The position numbers were made by a program, and so were the translations under genes. From a virus (Duplodnaviria; Caudoviricetes), in IMG/VR virus record IMGVR_UViG_3300031957_002670, positions 1 through 52,423 of that record: DNA of 52,423 nucleotides, one strand, 5' to 3'. Below, in pieces: positions 35,522 to 45,490 of this stretch (positions within the stretch are counted from its first letter, which is position 1; each line of letters opens with the position of its first letter). Below the pieces are notes generated by a model. That model was not told the origin of the DNA and searched no databases. It saw nothing but the letters and a program-made list of their open reading frames with translations.

Positions 35522-38500
35522 ATGACAAAGTACACCAGTAAAGATTTTAAGGACCTTAAAGTAGGTATATCTTCTTTTAGTGATGGTAAAACTTCACTGG
35601 AGGTAATTGGTCGTATTGGAGTCAATACATCTACCTCAGAGAATGCAGTAGATGTAGTAGGTTCGGTTAATATTTCAGAAGATTTATATGTATCTGGAGT
35701 CTCTACATTCGTTGGTGTAGGAACTTTTGGAAGTGACTTATATGTTGGTGGAGATTTATATGTAAAAGATGATGTAGTATTTGATGAAATTGTAGCTAAA
35801 GATCTTAATATTACTGGTGTTGCTACAGTTGGTACGGCATTCACTGTCAATGGTCCTTCTAATTTAGTTGATACCTTTGTATCTGGTGCTCTTACTGCAA
35901 CCACATTTACTGGTGCTGGTACTGGACTGACAGGTATTACGAGTGCAACGAACGCAACTAATATCTACGGCGGAGCGACAGGTCAGTTATTATATCAGGC
36001 ACAACCAGGTATTACTTCAGCATTTGAGAGTGGAAGCACCAATCTTATTCTCGCATCAAGAGGACCAAATAATCCTCCACAATGGGTAGCTTCTGCACCC
36101 GCGGGAGCTGTTGAGGGTATTCTTATATTTGATGAAGGTGGCCAAGTAGGTTTAGGAACCACTTATTCTGGTCTAGACTTTAGAGGACTAGATGTTACTG
36201 TCACTGGTGGAAATAATGGTGGTATTGCAACAATTACTGTTTCACAACAGACTTATGTTGAGCAAGCTGGTGTATCGACCAGTGTAGTCGGTGGTGCAGC
36301 ATCAGTCACACAATTGAGTGTTAATAATACTGGTATTTCTACTTTAGGTGTTGTTGAAATCAATGCCGGTATCATAACCGCTACTGCTGGTGCTGCCGTC
36401 ACTGTTTATGGCGACCTAATTGGTACTGCTTCCACAGCATCATTTGCGACCACAGCATCATTTGCGACCACAGCATTTAACTTAGCCTCTCCTGGAGGTA
36501 TAAGTGTCGGATTTGCCACTATTGCAACGAATGTAATCGGTGGTATTGCTTCTGTTACTTCCTTAAGTGTTAATAATACTGGTATTTCTACTTTAGGTGT
36601 TGTTGAAATCAATGCCGGTATCATCACTAATACATTTGCTGGTGCTGCCGTCACTGTCTATGGTAATCTGATTGGTACTGCCTCAACAGCATCATTTGCG
36701 ACCACAGCATTTAACTTAGCCTCTCCTGGAGGTATAAGTGTCGGATTTTCCACTACTGCAACGAATGTAATCGGTGGTATTGCTTCTGTCACACAACTAA
36801 ATGTTGATGTAGGTATCTCATCCTTTGCCGACTTTAAGATTACCTCATCAGGAGTAGGTGCAACTGTTGGTGCATCTGTTGGTATTACGACATACTATGG
36901 TCGTGGTACTGAACTTACCGGTATTGTAACAACTATTACTGCTGGTCCATATATAACAATTGACCAATCGATTGGTAATGTTACAATCACCGGTATTGCC
37001 AATACTGCAAATGTTTTAACAGACTCAATAGTTGTTAGTGGTATTACGACACTCAATACGGTAAGTGCAAACTCACTTATTGTCTCTGGTATTACAACTT
37101 TAGGTGTTGTTACAGGTGCAACTTATTATGGGAATGGTAATAACCTAACGGGTATTGTTACCTCTCTTATTGCTGGAGCTAATATTTCTCTAAGTGGTTC
37201 TCAAGGTGAGGTCACAATTACTGGTCTTGCCTACACGGCAAATGTTGTAGCAGAATCATTAGTTGTTACTGGTGTTTCAACACTAGGTTTCATCACTGGT
37301 GCTGAATCAATCGGTGTTACTACAATATACACCGAGAACATTGTTGGTGGGACTGCTACATTCAGTGGTAATGTCACCATCGGTGGAACACTGACATATG
37401 AAGATGTATCAAGTGTAGATACTGTTGGTTTTGTAACTGCCAGAAGTGGATTAAATGTTGGTTACTCCACTGGACCATCTGGAATTGGTGCTACTATTCT
37501 TCCTGATGGTAATGCCACATTTGCTGGTACGGTAACAGCAACATCATTTGCTGGTATTAGTTCATTTGCAAAAGAACTTAGACAAGACGCAGACGGAAAT
37601 ATATTTGCCGGTGATGCAACGACTGGTGGTGGGTATGATCCTTCAACAGGATCTGCCTGCTTTAACATCTTTATGGGATGTAATGCTGGTAATAGTATTA
37701 CTGATGGATGTTATAATAACTTCTTAGGTAATAGTGCAGGAAGATGCAACACCACTGGAGGTTTTAATAACTTCTTTGGTGCTAATGCAGGACTCTCCAA
37801 CACCACTGGAGGTTTTAATAACTTCTTAGGTTCTAATGCAGGATCCTCCAACACCACTGGAAATTATAATAACTTCTTAGGTTCTAATGCAGGATACAAC
37901 AACACCACTGGAAAAAAAAATAACTTCTTAGGTCAGGATGCAGGAAGACGCAACACCACTGGAAATAATAATAACTTCTTAGGTTCTAATGCAGGATACA
38001 ACAACACCACTGGAACTCATAATAACTTCTTAGGTGCTAATGCAGGACTCTCCAACACCACTGGAACTTTTAATAACTTCTTTGGTTGTAATGCAGGACT
38101 CTCCAACACCACTGGAAGTGATAATAACTTCTTAGGTCGTAATGCAGGAAGATGCAACACCACTGGATGTTTTAATAACTTCTTTGGTTGTAATGCAGGA
38201 TGCTCCAACACCACTGGAACTGGTAATAACTTTATTGGTCAGGATGCAGGAAGATCAAACATCACTGGGACTTGTAATGTTGCTATAGGTCAGGGTGCGG
38301 GATATGGAAATACTACCGGAACTCAGAATATTTTCCTTGGATTTAGATCGGGATTTGCAGCAGGAGGATCTGGATCTTATAATTTCTTTGCGGGTGAATA
38401 TGCAGGACAATTCAACACCACTGGAGGTTGTAATGTCTTCATTGGTCGTCGCACAGGAAGATGCAACACCACTGGAGGTAGTAATTTCTTCGTTGGTTAT

Positions 38501-41500
38501 CTTGCAGGATTCTCCAACACCACTGGAACTTCTAATAACTTCATTGGTCGTGAAGCAGGAGGAAACAACACCACTGGAAGTAATAATAACATCATTGGGG
38601 AAGCTTCAGGAAGATTCAACACCACAGGAAGTGGTAATAACTTCTTTGGTCAATGTGCAGGAAGATATAACATTTCTGGGAATTGTAACAATTTCATTGG
38701 TTGGGGTGCAGGATTCTCCAACACCACTGGAGGTTTTAATAACTTCTTTGGTTCTAATGCAGGACTCTCCAACACCACTGGATCCTGTAACAATATGATC
38801 GGTCGTGGTGCCGGTCAATGTGCAACGGTCACTGGACAACATAATAACTTCTTAGGAACTTATGCCGGTAAGTGTGCTTCTGGTTCTGGAACTCATAATA
38901 ACTTCATGGGTTTTTGTGCAGGAACCTTCAACACCACTGGAGGTTCTAATAACTTCTTAGGTTTTAGTGCAGGAAGATTCAACACCACTGGAACTTCTAA
39001 TAACTTCTTAGGTAATTATGCAGGAAGATCCAACACCACTGGAAATTATAATAACTTCTTAGGTCAATTTGCAGGAAGATACAACACCACTGGAAATAAT
39101 AACAACTTCTTAGGTAATTATACAGGATTCTCCAACACCACTGGAAATAATAATAACTTCTTTGGTTCTAGTGCAGGAAAATGCAACACCACTGGAGGTT
39201 CTAATAACTTCTTTGGTCCTAGTGCAGGAAGATGCAACACCACTGGATCTTGTAATAACTTCTTAGGTCGTAATGCAGGATACGCTAACACCACTGGAAG
39301 TTGTAATAACTTCTTAGGTGCTAGTGCAGGATCCTGCAACACCACTGGAAATAATAATAACTTCTTTGGTTATCTTGCAGGATTCTCCAACACCACTGGA
39401 TCCTGTAACAATATGATCGGTCGTGGTGCCGGTCAATGTGCAACGGTCACTGGACAACATAATAACTTCTTAGGAACTTATGCCGGTAAGTGTGCTTCTG
39501 GTTCTGGAACTCATAATAACTTCATGGGTTTTTGTGCAGGAACCTTCAACACCACTGGAGGTTCTAATAACTTCTTAGGTTTTAGTGCAGGAAGATTCAA
39601 CACCACTGGAACTTCTAATAACTTCTTAGGTAATTATGCAGGAAGATCCAACACCACTGGAAATTATAATAACTTCTTAGGTCAATTTGCAGGAAGATAC
39701 AACACCACTGGAAATAATAACAACTTCTTAGGTAATTATACAGGATTCTCCAACACCACTGGAAATAATAATAACTTCTTTGGTTCTAGTGCAGGAAAAT
39801 GCAACACCACTGGAGGTTCTAATAACTTCTTTGGTCCTAGTGCAGGAAGATGCAACACCACTGGATCTTGTAATAACTTCTTAGGTCGTAATGCAGGATA
39901 CGCTAACACCACTGGAAGTTGTAATAACTTCTTAGGTGCTAGTGCAGGATCCTGCAACACCACTGGAAATAATAATAACTTCTTTGGTTATCTTGCAGGA
40001 TTCTCCAACACCACTGGATCCTGTAACAATATGATCGGTCGTGGTGCCGGTCAATGCGCAACGGTCACTGGACAACATAATAACTTCTTAGGAACTTATG
40101 CCGGTAAGTGTGCTTCTGGTTCTGGAGGTTATAATAACTTCTTTGGTCTGAGTGCAGGATTCTGCAACACCACTGGAGGTTCTAATAACTTCTTAGGTGT
40201 TCAGGCAGGATACTGCAACACCACTGGATGTTTTAATAACTTCTTAGGTAATGGAACAGGAATCTCCAACACCACTGGATCCTGTAACAATATGATCGGT
40301 CGTGGTGCCGGTCAATGCGCAACGGTCACTGGACAACATAATAACTTCTTAGGAACTTATGCTGGTAAGTGTGCTTCTGGTTCTGGAAATAATAATAACT
40401 TCTTTGGTTCTAATGCAGGACTCCTCAACACCACTGGAAGTTTTAATAACTTCTTAGGTCGTAGTGCAGGATACTTAAACACCACTGGAGGTTGTAATAA
40501 CTTCTTAGGTCATTATGCAGGACGAAACAACACCACTGGAGGTTATAATAACTTCTTTGGTTTTAATGCAGGACTCTGCAACACCACTGCATGTCATAAT
40601 AACTTCTTAGGTAGTTGTGCAGGACTCTCCAACACCACTGGAAGTTTTAATAACTTCTTAGGTAATAGTGCAGGACGAAACAACACCACTGGAGGTTATA
40701 ATAACTTCTTTGGTCAATTTGCAGGATGCTCCAACACCATTGGAAGAAAAAATAACTTCTTAGGTCATGATGCAGGAAGATTGAACACCACTGGATGTTT
40801 TAATAACTTCTTAGGTGCTTATGCAGGAAGATCCAACACCACTGGAAGTGATAATAACTTCTTAGGTCGTAATGCAGGAAGATCCAACACCACTGGAAGT
40901 GAGAATATTTTCCTCGGTAATGGTGCAGGATACTGCAACACCACTGGATGTAGAAATATTATAATGATGCGTGGTGCAGGTTCCTGCAACACCACTGGAT
41001 CTCATAATCACTTCTTTGGTAATTATGCAGGAAAATTGAACACCACTGGATCTTATAATAACTTCTTAGGTCTTAATGCAGGATTCTCCAACACCACTGG
41101 ATCTTATAATAACTTCTTAGGTCGTTATGCAGGAAGATGCAACACCACTGGAACTGATAATAACTTCTTAGGTCATGGAACAGGACTCTCCAACACCACT
41201 GGATCCTGTAACAATATGATTGGTCTTGGTGCCGGTAAATGCGCAACGGTCACTGGACAACATAATACCTTCTTAGGAACTTATGCCGGTAAGTGTGCTT
41301 CTGGTTCTGGAGGTTATAATAACTTCATGGGTTTTTGTGCAGGAACCTTCAACACCACTGGAAATTATAATAACTTCTTAGGTCTGAGTGCAGGAACCTT
41401 CAACACCACTGGAAATTATAATAACTTCTTTGGTAATAGTGCAGGATGCTCCAACACCACTGGAGGTTTTAATAACTTCTTAGGTAATATTGCAGGAAGA

Positions 41501-43282
41501 TACAACACCACTGGAGGTTCTAATAACTTCTTAGGTCAGAATGCAGGACTCTGCAACACCACTGGAAGTTTTAATAACTTCTTAGGTACTAATGTAGGAT
41601 GCTACAACACCACTGGAGGTTCTAATAACTTCTTAGGTTCTAGTGCAGGAAGATACAACACCACTGGAAATTATAATAACTTCTTAGGTCTTGATGCAGG
41701 AAGATCCAACACTAGTGGATCCTGTAACAATATGATTGGTCTTGGTGCCGGTAAATGCGCAACGGTCACTGGACAACATAATACCTTCTTAGGAACTTAT
41801 GCCGGTAAGTGTGCTTCTGGTTCTGGAAATAATAATAACTTCTTTGGTCTGAGTGCAGGATTCAATAACACCACTGGAACTTCTAATAACTTCTTAGGTG
41901 ATTATGCAGGATACAACAACACCACTGGAGGTACTAATAACTTCTTAGGTAATGCAGCAGGATTCTCCAACACCACTGGAACTCGTAATAACTTCTTAGG
42001 TCAGGGTGCAGGAAGATGCAACACCACTGGAAGTTCTAATAACTTCTTAGGTTGTGGTGCAGGATTCTCCAACACCACTGGAAGTTTTAATAACTTCTTA
42101 GGTGCTTATGCAGGATGCTACAACACCACTGGAGGTTCTAATAACTTCTTAGGTAATGGTGCAGGAAGATGCAACACCACTGGAACTCGTAATAACTTCT
42201 TAGGTGCTTATGCAGGACTCTCCAACACCACTGGATCCTGTAACAATATGATTGGTGTTGGTGCCGGTCAATGCGCAACGGTCACTGGACAACATAATAC
42301 CTTCTTAGGAACTTATGCTGGTAAGTGTGCTTCTGGTTCTGGAAATAATAATAACTTCTTAGGTTTTAGTGCAGGATACTGCAACACCACTGGAACTTCT
42401 AATAACTTCTTTGGTTTTTATGCAGGAAAATTCAACACCACTGGATGTTTTAATACTTTCATTGGACGTGAAGCAGGATGCTCTAATACTACTGGAAGTC
42501 ATAATGTCCATATAGGATGTCAGGCAGGCCAAAATGCCGACGCAGATTATAATATTTTTATTGGTCGTTATTCGGGCAGAAATTCGACTGGAGGTTGTAA
42601 TAACTTCTTAGGTCTTAATGCAGGATTCTCCAACACCACTGGAACTCATAATAACTTCTTAGGTCAATGTACAGGATACTGCAACACCACTGGAGGTTAT
42701 AATAACTTCTTAGGTCGTGATGCAGGAAGATCCAACACCACTGGAACTCATAATAACTTCTTAGGTTATCAGGCAGGATGCAATAATACAGCAGGTAGTA
42801 ATAACCTTGCATTTGGTCAAAATGCCGGTCAAACAACAGGCACTCCATCAGGACTGATTAATCTGACGACAAGTAGCAATTGTATTGTTATGGGTAATGC
42901 AAATCATTCATGTGCCGCAATACAAGTAGCATGGACAGTTATTTCTGATATTAGAGATAAGTGTGTTTATGGTGATGTACCTCATGGAAGAGGATTCTTA
43001 CAGAATATTAATCCTATCAAATATTCATTCAAGAATAGAGAAACGAATGAGGTTACTGATGAAAGAGTCAGATATGGATTCAGTGCTCAAGAGGTTGCAG
43101 AACTTGAAGGTGATGAAACAATCATTGCATCAAAATCTAACATAGATAAGTGGGGTGTCACTCATGAGCACTTACTTCCTGTTCTTGTAAATGCAATCAA
43201 AGAACTTGATGTCGAAAACCAAGAACTCAAAGAAAGATTATCTTCACTGGAAGAAAAAGTTAATTCTCTACTGAATAATTGA
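35522..43282 (+). CDS. Giant tail fibre (2586 aa) with ~100 17-aa beta-solenoid repeats and C-terminal S74-type intramolecular chaperone
   Basis: GITT shaft; NTTGxxNNFxGxxAGxx array; SDIRDK...YGFSAQEV...VLVNAIKEL coiled-coil end from 42944. Confidence 0.85.
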   Translation: MTKYTSKDFKDLKVGISSFSDGKTSLEVIGRIGVNTSTSENAVDVVGSVNISEDLYVSGVSTFVGVGTFGSDLYVGGDLYVKDDVVFDEIVAKDLNITGVATVGTAFTVNGPSNLVDTFVSGALTATTFTGAGTGLTGITSATNATNIYGGATGQLLYQAQPGITSAFESGSTNLILASRGPNNPPQWVASAPAGAVEGILIFDEGGQVGLGTTYSGLDFRGLDVTVTGGNNGGIATITVSQQTYVEQAGVSTSVVGGAASVTQLSVNNTGISTLGVVEINAGIITATAGAAVTVYGDLIGTASTASFATTASFATTAFNLASPGGISVGFATIATNVIGGIASVTSLSVNNTGISTLGVVEINAGIITNTFAGAAVTVYGNLIGTASTASFATTAFNLASPGGISVGFSTTATNVIGGIASVTQLNVDVGISSFADFKITSSGVGATVGASVGITTYYGRGTELTGIVTTITAGPYITIDQSIGNVTITGIANTANVLTDSIVVSGITTLNTVSANSLIVSGITTLGVVTGATYYGNGNNLTGIVTSLIAGANISLSGSQGEVTITGLAYTANVVAESLVVTGVSTLGFITGAESIGVTTIYTENIVGGTATFSGNVTIGGTLTYEDVSSVDTVGFVTARSGLNVGYSTGPSGIGATILPDGNATFAGTVTATSFAGISSFAKELRQDADGNIFAGDATTGGGYDPSTGSACFNIFMGCNAGNSITDGCYNNFLGNSAGRCNTTGGFNNFFGANAGLSNTTGGFNNFLGSNAGSSNTTGNYNNFLGSNAGYNNTTGKKNNFLGQDAGRRNTTGNNNNFLGSNAGYNNTTGTHNNFLGANAGLSNTTGTFNNFFGCNAGLSNTTGSDNNFLGRNAGRCNTTGCFNNFFGCNAGCSNTTGTGNNFIGQDAGRSNITGTCNVAIGQGAGYGNTTGTQNIFLGFRSGFAAGGSGSYNFFAGEYAGQFNTTGGCNVFIGRRTGRCNTTGGSNFFVGYLAGFSNTTGTSNNFIGREAGGNNTTGSNNNIIGEASGRFNTTGSGNNFFGQCAGRYNISGNCNNFIGWGAGFSNTTGGFNNFFGSNAGLSNTTGSCNNMIGRGAGQCATVTGQHNNFLGTYAGKCASGSGTHNNFMGFCAGTFNTTGGSNNFLGFSAGRFNTTGTSNNFLGNYAGRSNTTGNYNNFLGQFAGRYNTTGNNNNFLGNYTGFSNTTGNNNNFFGSSAGKCNTTGGSNNFFGPSAGRCNTTGSCNNFLGRNAGYANTTGSCNNFLGASAGSCNTTGNNNNFFGYLAGFSNTTGSCNNMIGRGAGQCATVTGQHNNFLGTYAGKCASGSGTHNNFMGFCAGTFNTTGGSNNFLGFSAGRFNTTGTSNNFLGNYAGRSNTTGNYNNFLGQFAGRYNTTGNNNNFLGNYTGFSNTTGNNNNFFGSSAGKCNTTGGSNNFFGPSAGRCNTTGSCNNFLGRNAGYANTTGSCNNFLGASAGSCNTTGNNNNFFGYLAGFSNTTGSCNNMIGRGAGQCATVTGQHNNFLGTYAGKCASGSGGYNNFFGLSAGFCNTTGGSNNFLGVQAGYCNTTGCFNNFLGNGTGISNTTGSCNNMIGRGAGQCATVTGQHNNFLGTYAGKCASGSGNNNNFFGSNAGLLNTTGSFNNFLGRSAGYLNTTGGCNNFLGHYAGRNNTTGGYNNFFGFNAGLCNTTACHNNFLGSCAGLSNTTGSFNNFLGNSAGRNNTTGGYNNFFGQFAGCSNTIGRKNNFLGHDAGRLNTTGCFNNFLGAYAGRSNTTGSDNNFLGRNAGRSNTTGSENIFLGNGAGYCNTTGCRNIIMMRGAGSCNTTGSHNHFFGNYAGKLNTTGSYNNFLGLNAGFSNTTGSYNNFLGRYAGRCNTTGTDNNFLGHGTGLSNTTGSCNNMIGLGAGKCATVTGQHNTFLGTYAGKCASGSGGYNNFMGFCAGTFNTTGNYNNFLGLSAGTFNTTGNYNNFFGNSAGCSNTTGGFNNFLGNIAGRYNTTGGSNNFLGQNAGLCNTTGSFNNFLGTNVGCYNTTGGSNNFLGSSAGRYNTTGNYNNFLGLDAGRSNTSGSCNNMIGLGAGKCATVTGQHNTFLGTYAGKCASGSGNNNNFFGLSAGFNNTTGTSNNFLGDYAGYNNTTGGTNNFLGNAAGFSNTTGTRNNFLGQGAGRCNTTGSSNNFLGCGAGFSNTTGSFNNFLGAYAGCYNTTGGSNNFLGNGAGRCNTTGTRNNFLGAYAGLSNTTGSCNNMIGVGAGQCATVTGQHNTFLGTYAGKCASGSGNNNNFLGFSAGYCNTTGTSNNFFGFYAGKFNTTGCFNTFIGREAGCSNTTGSHNVHIGCQAGQNADADYNIFIGRYSGRNSTGGCNNFLGLNAGFSNTTGTHNNFLGQCTGYCNTTGGYNNFLGRDAGRSNTTGTHNNFLGYQAGCNNTAGSNNLAFGQNAGQTTGTPSGLINLTTSSNCIVMGNANHSCAAIQVAWTVISDIRDKCVYGDVPHGRGFLQNINPIKYSFKNRETNEVTDERVRYGFSAQEVAELEGDETIIASKSNIDKWGVTHEHLLPVLVNAIKELDVENQELKERLSSLEEKVNSLLNN
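36317..36789 (+). repeat. Near-identical internal duplication (offset 249 bp) with a nested 18-bp tandem
   Basis: agtgttaataatactggtatttctactttagg... at 36317 and 36566; acagcatcatttgcgacc is doubled only in copy 1. Confidence 0.85.
37697..42832 (+). repeat. Coding tandem array of ~100 x 51 bp
   Basis: AACACCACTGGA-N6-AATAACTTCTTWGGT-N6-GCAGGA-N6; units counted by hand from the translation. Confidence 0.95.
38766..40056 (+). repeat. 618-bp tandem duplication, apparently exact
   Basis: 206-aa block repeated identically; identical antisense ORFs at 39118 and 39736 (offset 618); first mismatch seen at 40057. Confidence 0.9.
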
Positions 43283-43287
43283 TTTTA

Positions 43288-43296
43288 TGGTATAAT
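43288..43296 (+). promoter_or_regulatory. Extended -10 promoter candidate
   Basis: TGnTATAAT about 27 nt before the sulfotransferase ATG. Confidence 0.45.
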
Positions 43297-43322
43297 ATAT
43301 AATAGTATTGAATGATAAATGA

Positions 43323-44222
43323 ATGAATAAAACTTTTTACTTTATGGCAGGACTCCCCAGATCGGGGAGTACTTTGCTTTCATCAATTCTAAATCAGAAT
43401 CCAAGATTTTATTCTGGACCATCAAGTCCAGTTCTTGGTGCAATGTTTGCCGTAGAGCAAGACTTTATGGGTAATGAGTTGTATCATGGATATCCAAAAC
43501 CAGATCAAGTCAGAGAGATCATTGGTAGCATTCCACATCATTTTTATAGTGATGTTCAACAACCAGTTGTCTTTGATAAAAATCGTGCATGGACTGCAAG
43601 AGTTCCTTATATTGAAGGATACATTGGAGAACAGGCAAAGATTCTTGTTCCAGTTCGTAGAATAGATGAGATTCTAACTTCTATTCTGACAATGATTCAT
43701 CGAAATCCTTTTCAGGAAGGACAACCAAGAATTAATTTTATAGATGAACAATTAATCAAAACTGATATTCCTATTAATGATTTGAATAGATGTATGTATC
43801 TTCTTGGTGGAGGTGGTATTGTTTATGAGTCACTGAATGCGATTATGATGGGATTCCAACAAAATGTGCGTGACAAAATGCATTTTGTGGACTATAATGA
43901 TCTTGTAGATAATCCCGAAAAAATAATGGAAGACATCTATGATTTTATTGGGGAAGAGTTTTATGATCATGACTTTGGATCAATCTCAAATATTCATAGG
44001 GAAGATGATTTGATAACTTATGGACTAAGTGATATGCATCAGGTTCGTTCTAAGGTCAAGAAAACTTCTCCTCCACCAGCATCAATTCTCCCTGAAGAAA
44101 TTATCGATATTTATGAACAAAACAAAAGAAGACTTGAATTTTGGGGAACACCTGATATTGTTACGGTAACCCCTAAGGTAAAGGCACCACTTACAAAGGA
44201 TAATAATATTATCTTTAAATAA
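43323..44222 (+). CDS. Sulfotransferase-family protein
   Basis: PAPS-binding loop GLPRSGSTLL; DKNRAW; VRRIDEILTS; YNDLVDNP. Confidence 0.85.
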   Translation: MNKTFYFMAGLPRSGSTLLSSILNQNPRFYSGPSSPVLGAMFAVEQDFMGNELYHGYPKPDQVREIIGSIPHHFYSDVQQPVVFDKNRAWTARVPYIEGYIGEQAKILVPVRRIDEILTSILTMIHRNPFQEGQPRINFIDEQLIKTDIPINDLNRCMYLLGGGGIVYESLNAIMMGFQQNVRDKMHFVDYNDLVDNPEKIMEDIYDFIGEEFYDHDFGSISNIHREDDLITYGLSDMHQVRSKVKKTSPPPASILPEEIIDIYEQNKRRLEFWGTPDIVTVTPKVKAPLTKDNNIIFK

Positions 44223-44225
44223 ATA
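44218..44225 (+). promoter_or_regulatory. T4-type late promoter
   Basis: AATAAATA 22 nt before ATG 44248. Confidence 0.6.
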
Positions 44226-44247
44226 ATAGAGAGTTAACTAAAACAAA

Positions 44248-44586
44248 ATGGCAATTACACATACAAGAACAATTGAAAATCTTGAAGTCAGAAATGATGG
44301 AAACAATATAGTTTGTAATATTCAAGTTAAATGGGTATCCTCTGATGATTCTGATGTAGAAAGAACTACAATTGAAGGTTCTGAAACTTATCAAGTTAAT
44401 TCTGAAGATGTTACTCCAGATTCTGAAGGATTTGTTGCATTTGCAGACTTGACTGAAGAGATTGTATTGGGATGGATTGCAGATGAACTTGCAAATTCAA
44501 ATACAACTCAAAATAATGCTTCATGGATTGACTCTGTTCTTAATCCCCCAGCACCTGCTACAGTAAACAAAGAAACTCCTTGGTAA
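44248..44586 (+). CDS. Fibre-associated hypothetical protein
   Basis: FVAFADLTEEIVLGWI...TPW pattern, which I associate with small proteins next to phage fibres. Confidence 0.7.
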   Translation: MAITHTRTIENLEVRNDGNNIVCNIQVKWVSSDDSDVERTTIEGSETYQVNSEDVTPDSEGFVAFADLTEEIVLGWIADELANSNTTQNNASWIDSVLNPPAPATVNKETPW

Positions 44587-44590
44587 TTTT

Positions 44591-45490
44591 ATGGCAAAAC
44601 TTAAGTATTCTATATTTCATGTTCAAGGTGGGTTTGGTAAACATATTGCAGCAACAGCAGTAGCTAAATGTATTAAAAATAATCATCCAGGTAGACAACT
44701 TATTGTTGTTTCTGTCTGGTCTGAAATATTTCAAAATCTTCCATTTGTAGATAGAGTATATCAACTTGGTAATACAAGTTATTTTTACCAAAGTTATATT
44801 GAAAATGAGGACTCAATAATTTTTCATAATGAACCTTATTTCACTACTGATCATATTCATAAAAAACTGCCTCTGATTCAAACTTGGTCTAAGATGTATG
44901 GATTAGAATATCGTGGTGAAATGCCAGATATTAAATTCAATCCTTTACAGAAAAAGATTGCAAAAGAATTTTGGGCAAGTCGTGCAAACGAAAAACCGAT
45001 TATGGTTCTTCAAACTAATGGTGGAATGTATAATGAACAGAGACCATATCTATGGGCAAGAGATATGCCTGTGGCACTTGCACAAAAACTTGTAGATCAT
45101 TATTCTGATAAGTATCATATTTTTCAAGTCAAAAAACCTTCTTCTGAAGCATTGGATGGTGTGGAAGTGGTTCAAGATCCAATGAGTAATATGGAACTTG
45201 TAAGTATCTTACTGAATAGTGAGAAGAGAATACTTATTGATAGTTGCCTACAACACGCAGCAACAGCATTGAAATTACCTTCTGTGGTATTATGGAATGG
45301 AACTAGTCCAAAGGTCTTTGGATGGGATATACATACCAATATTCAAGCAGAGAAACCTGCCAACTTTAAACTTCCAAATAGTTATTTGTTTGACTTTGAT
45401 TTTACTGGAGTAGAAGCAGAGTATCCTTATGTGGATGAGGATGAAGAAATCTTTAACTTTGATAAAATTATAGAAGCAGTTGATAAATGA
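44591..45490 (+). CDS. GT9-like (heptosyltransferase-type, GT-B) glycosyltransferase
   Basis: GGFGKHIAATAVAKCIKNNHPGRQLIV and IDSCLQHAATALKLPSVVLWNGTSP parallel the GT9 GxGD...P and DSGxxHLAxAxxxPxVxLFGPTxP motifs. Confidence 0.7.
   Translation: MAKLKYSIFHVQGGFGKHIAATAVAKCIKNNHPGRQLIVVSVWSEIFQNLPFVDRVYQLGNTSYFYQSYIENEDSIIFHNEPYFTTDHIHKKLPLIQTWSKMYGLEYRGEMPDIKFNPLQKKIAKEFWASRANEKPIMVLQTNGGMYNEQRPYLWARDMPVALAQKLVDHYSDKYHIFQVKKPSSEALDGVEVVQDPMSNMELVSILLNSEKRILIDSCLQHAATALKLPSVVLWNGTSPKVFGWDIHTNIQAEKPANFKLPNSYLFDFDFTGVEAEYPYVDEDEEIFNFDKIIEAVDK

Noticed and set aside
903-35904. Numerous 60-160 aa antisense or alternative-frame ORFs nested in long genes
   Set aside because: They overlap well-supported genes, have no recognisable motifs or SD, and are expected by chance.
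38017-39963. Minus-strand ORFs with PKKLL...PVVL repeats and the alternative-frame + ORF 38295..38798
   Set aside because: Shadows of the stop-poor fibre repeat, with no SD or promoter support.
37697-42832. 51-bp periodic array as a CRISPR array
   Set aside because: It is entirely in-frame coding, the variable parts are only 6 nt, and there are no cas genes or leader.
37697-42832. Classical diversity-generating retroelement target
   Set aside because: No reverse transcriptase or template repeat in the window, and silent adenines in GGA/GCA are not mutated. Kept only as a hypothesis to test.
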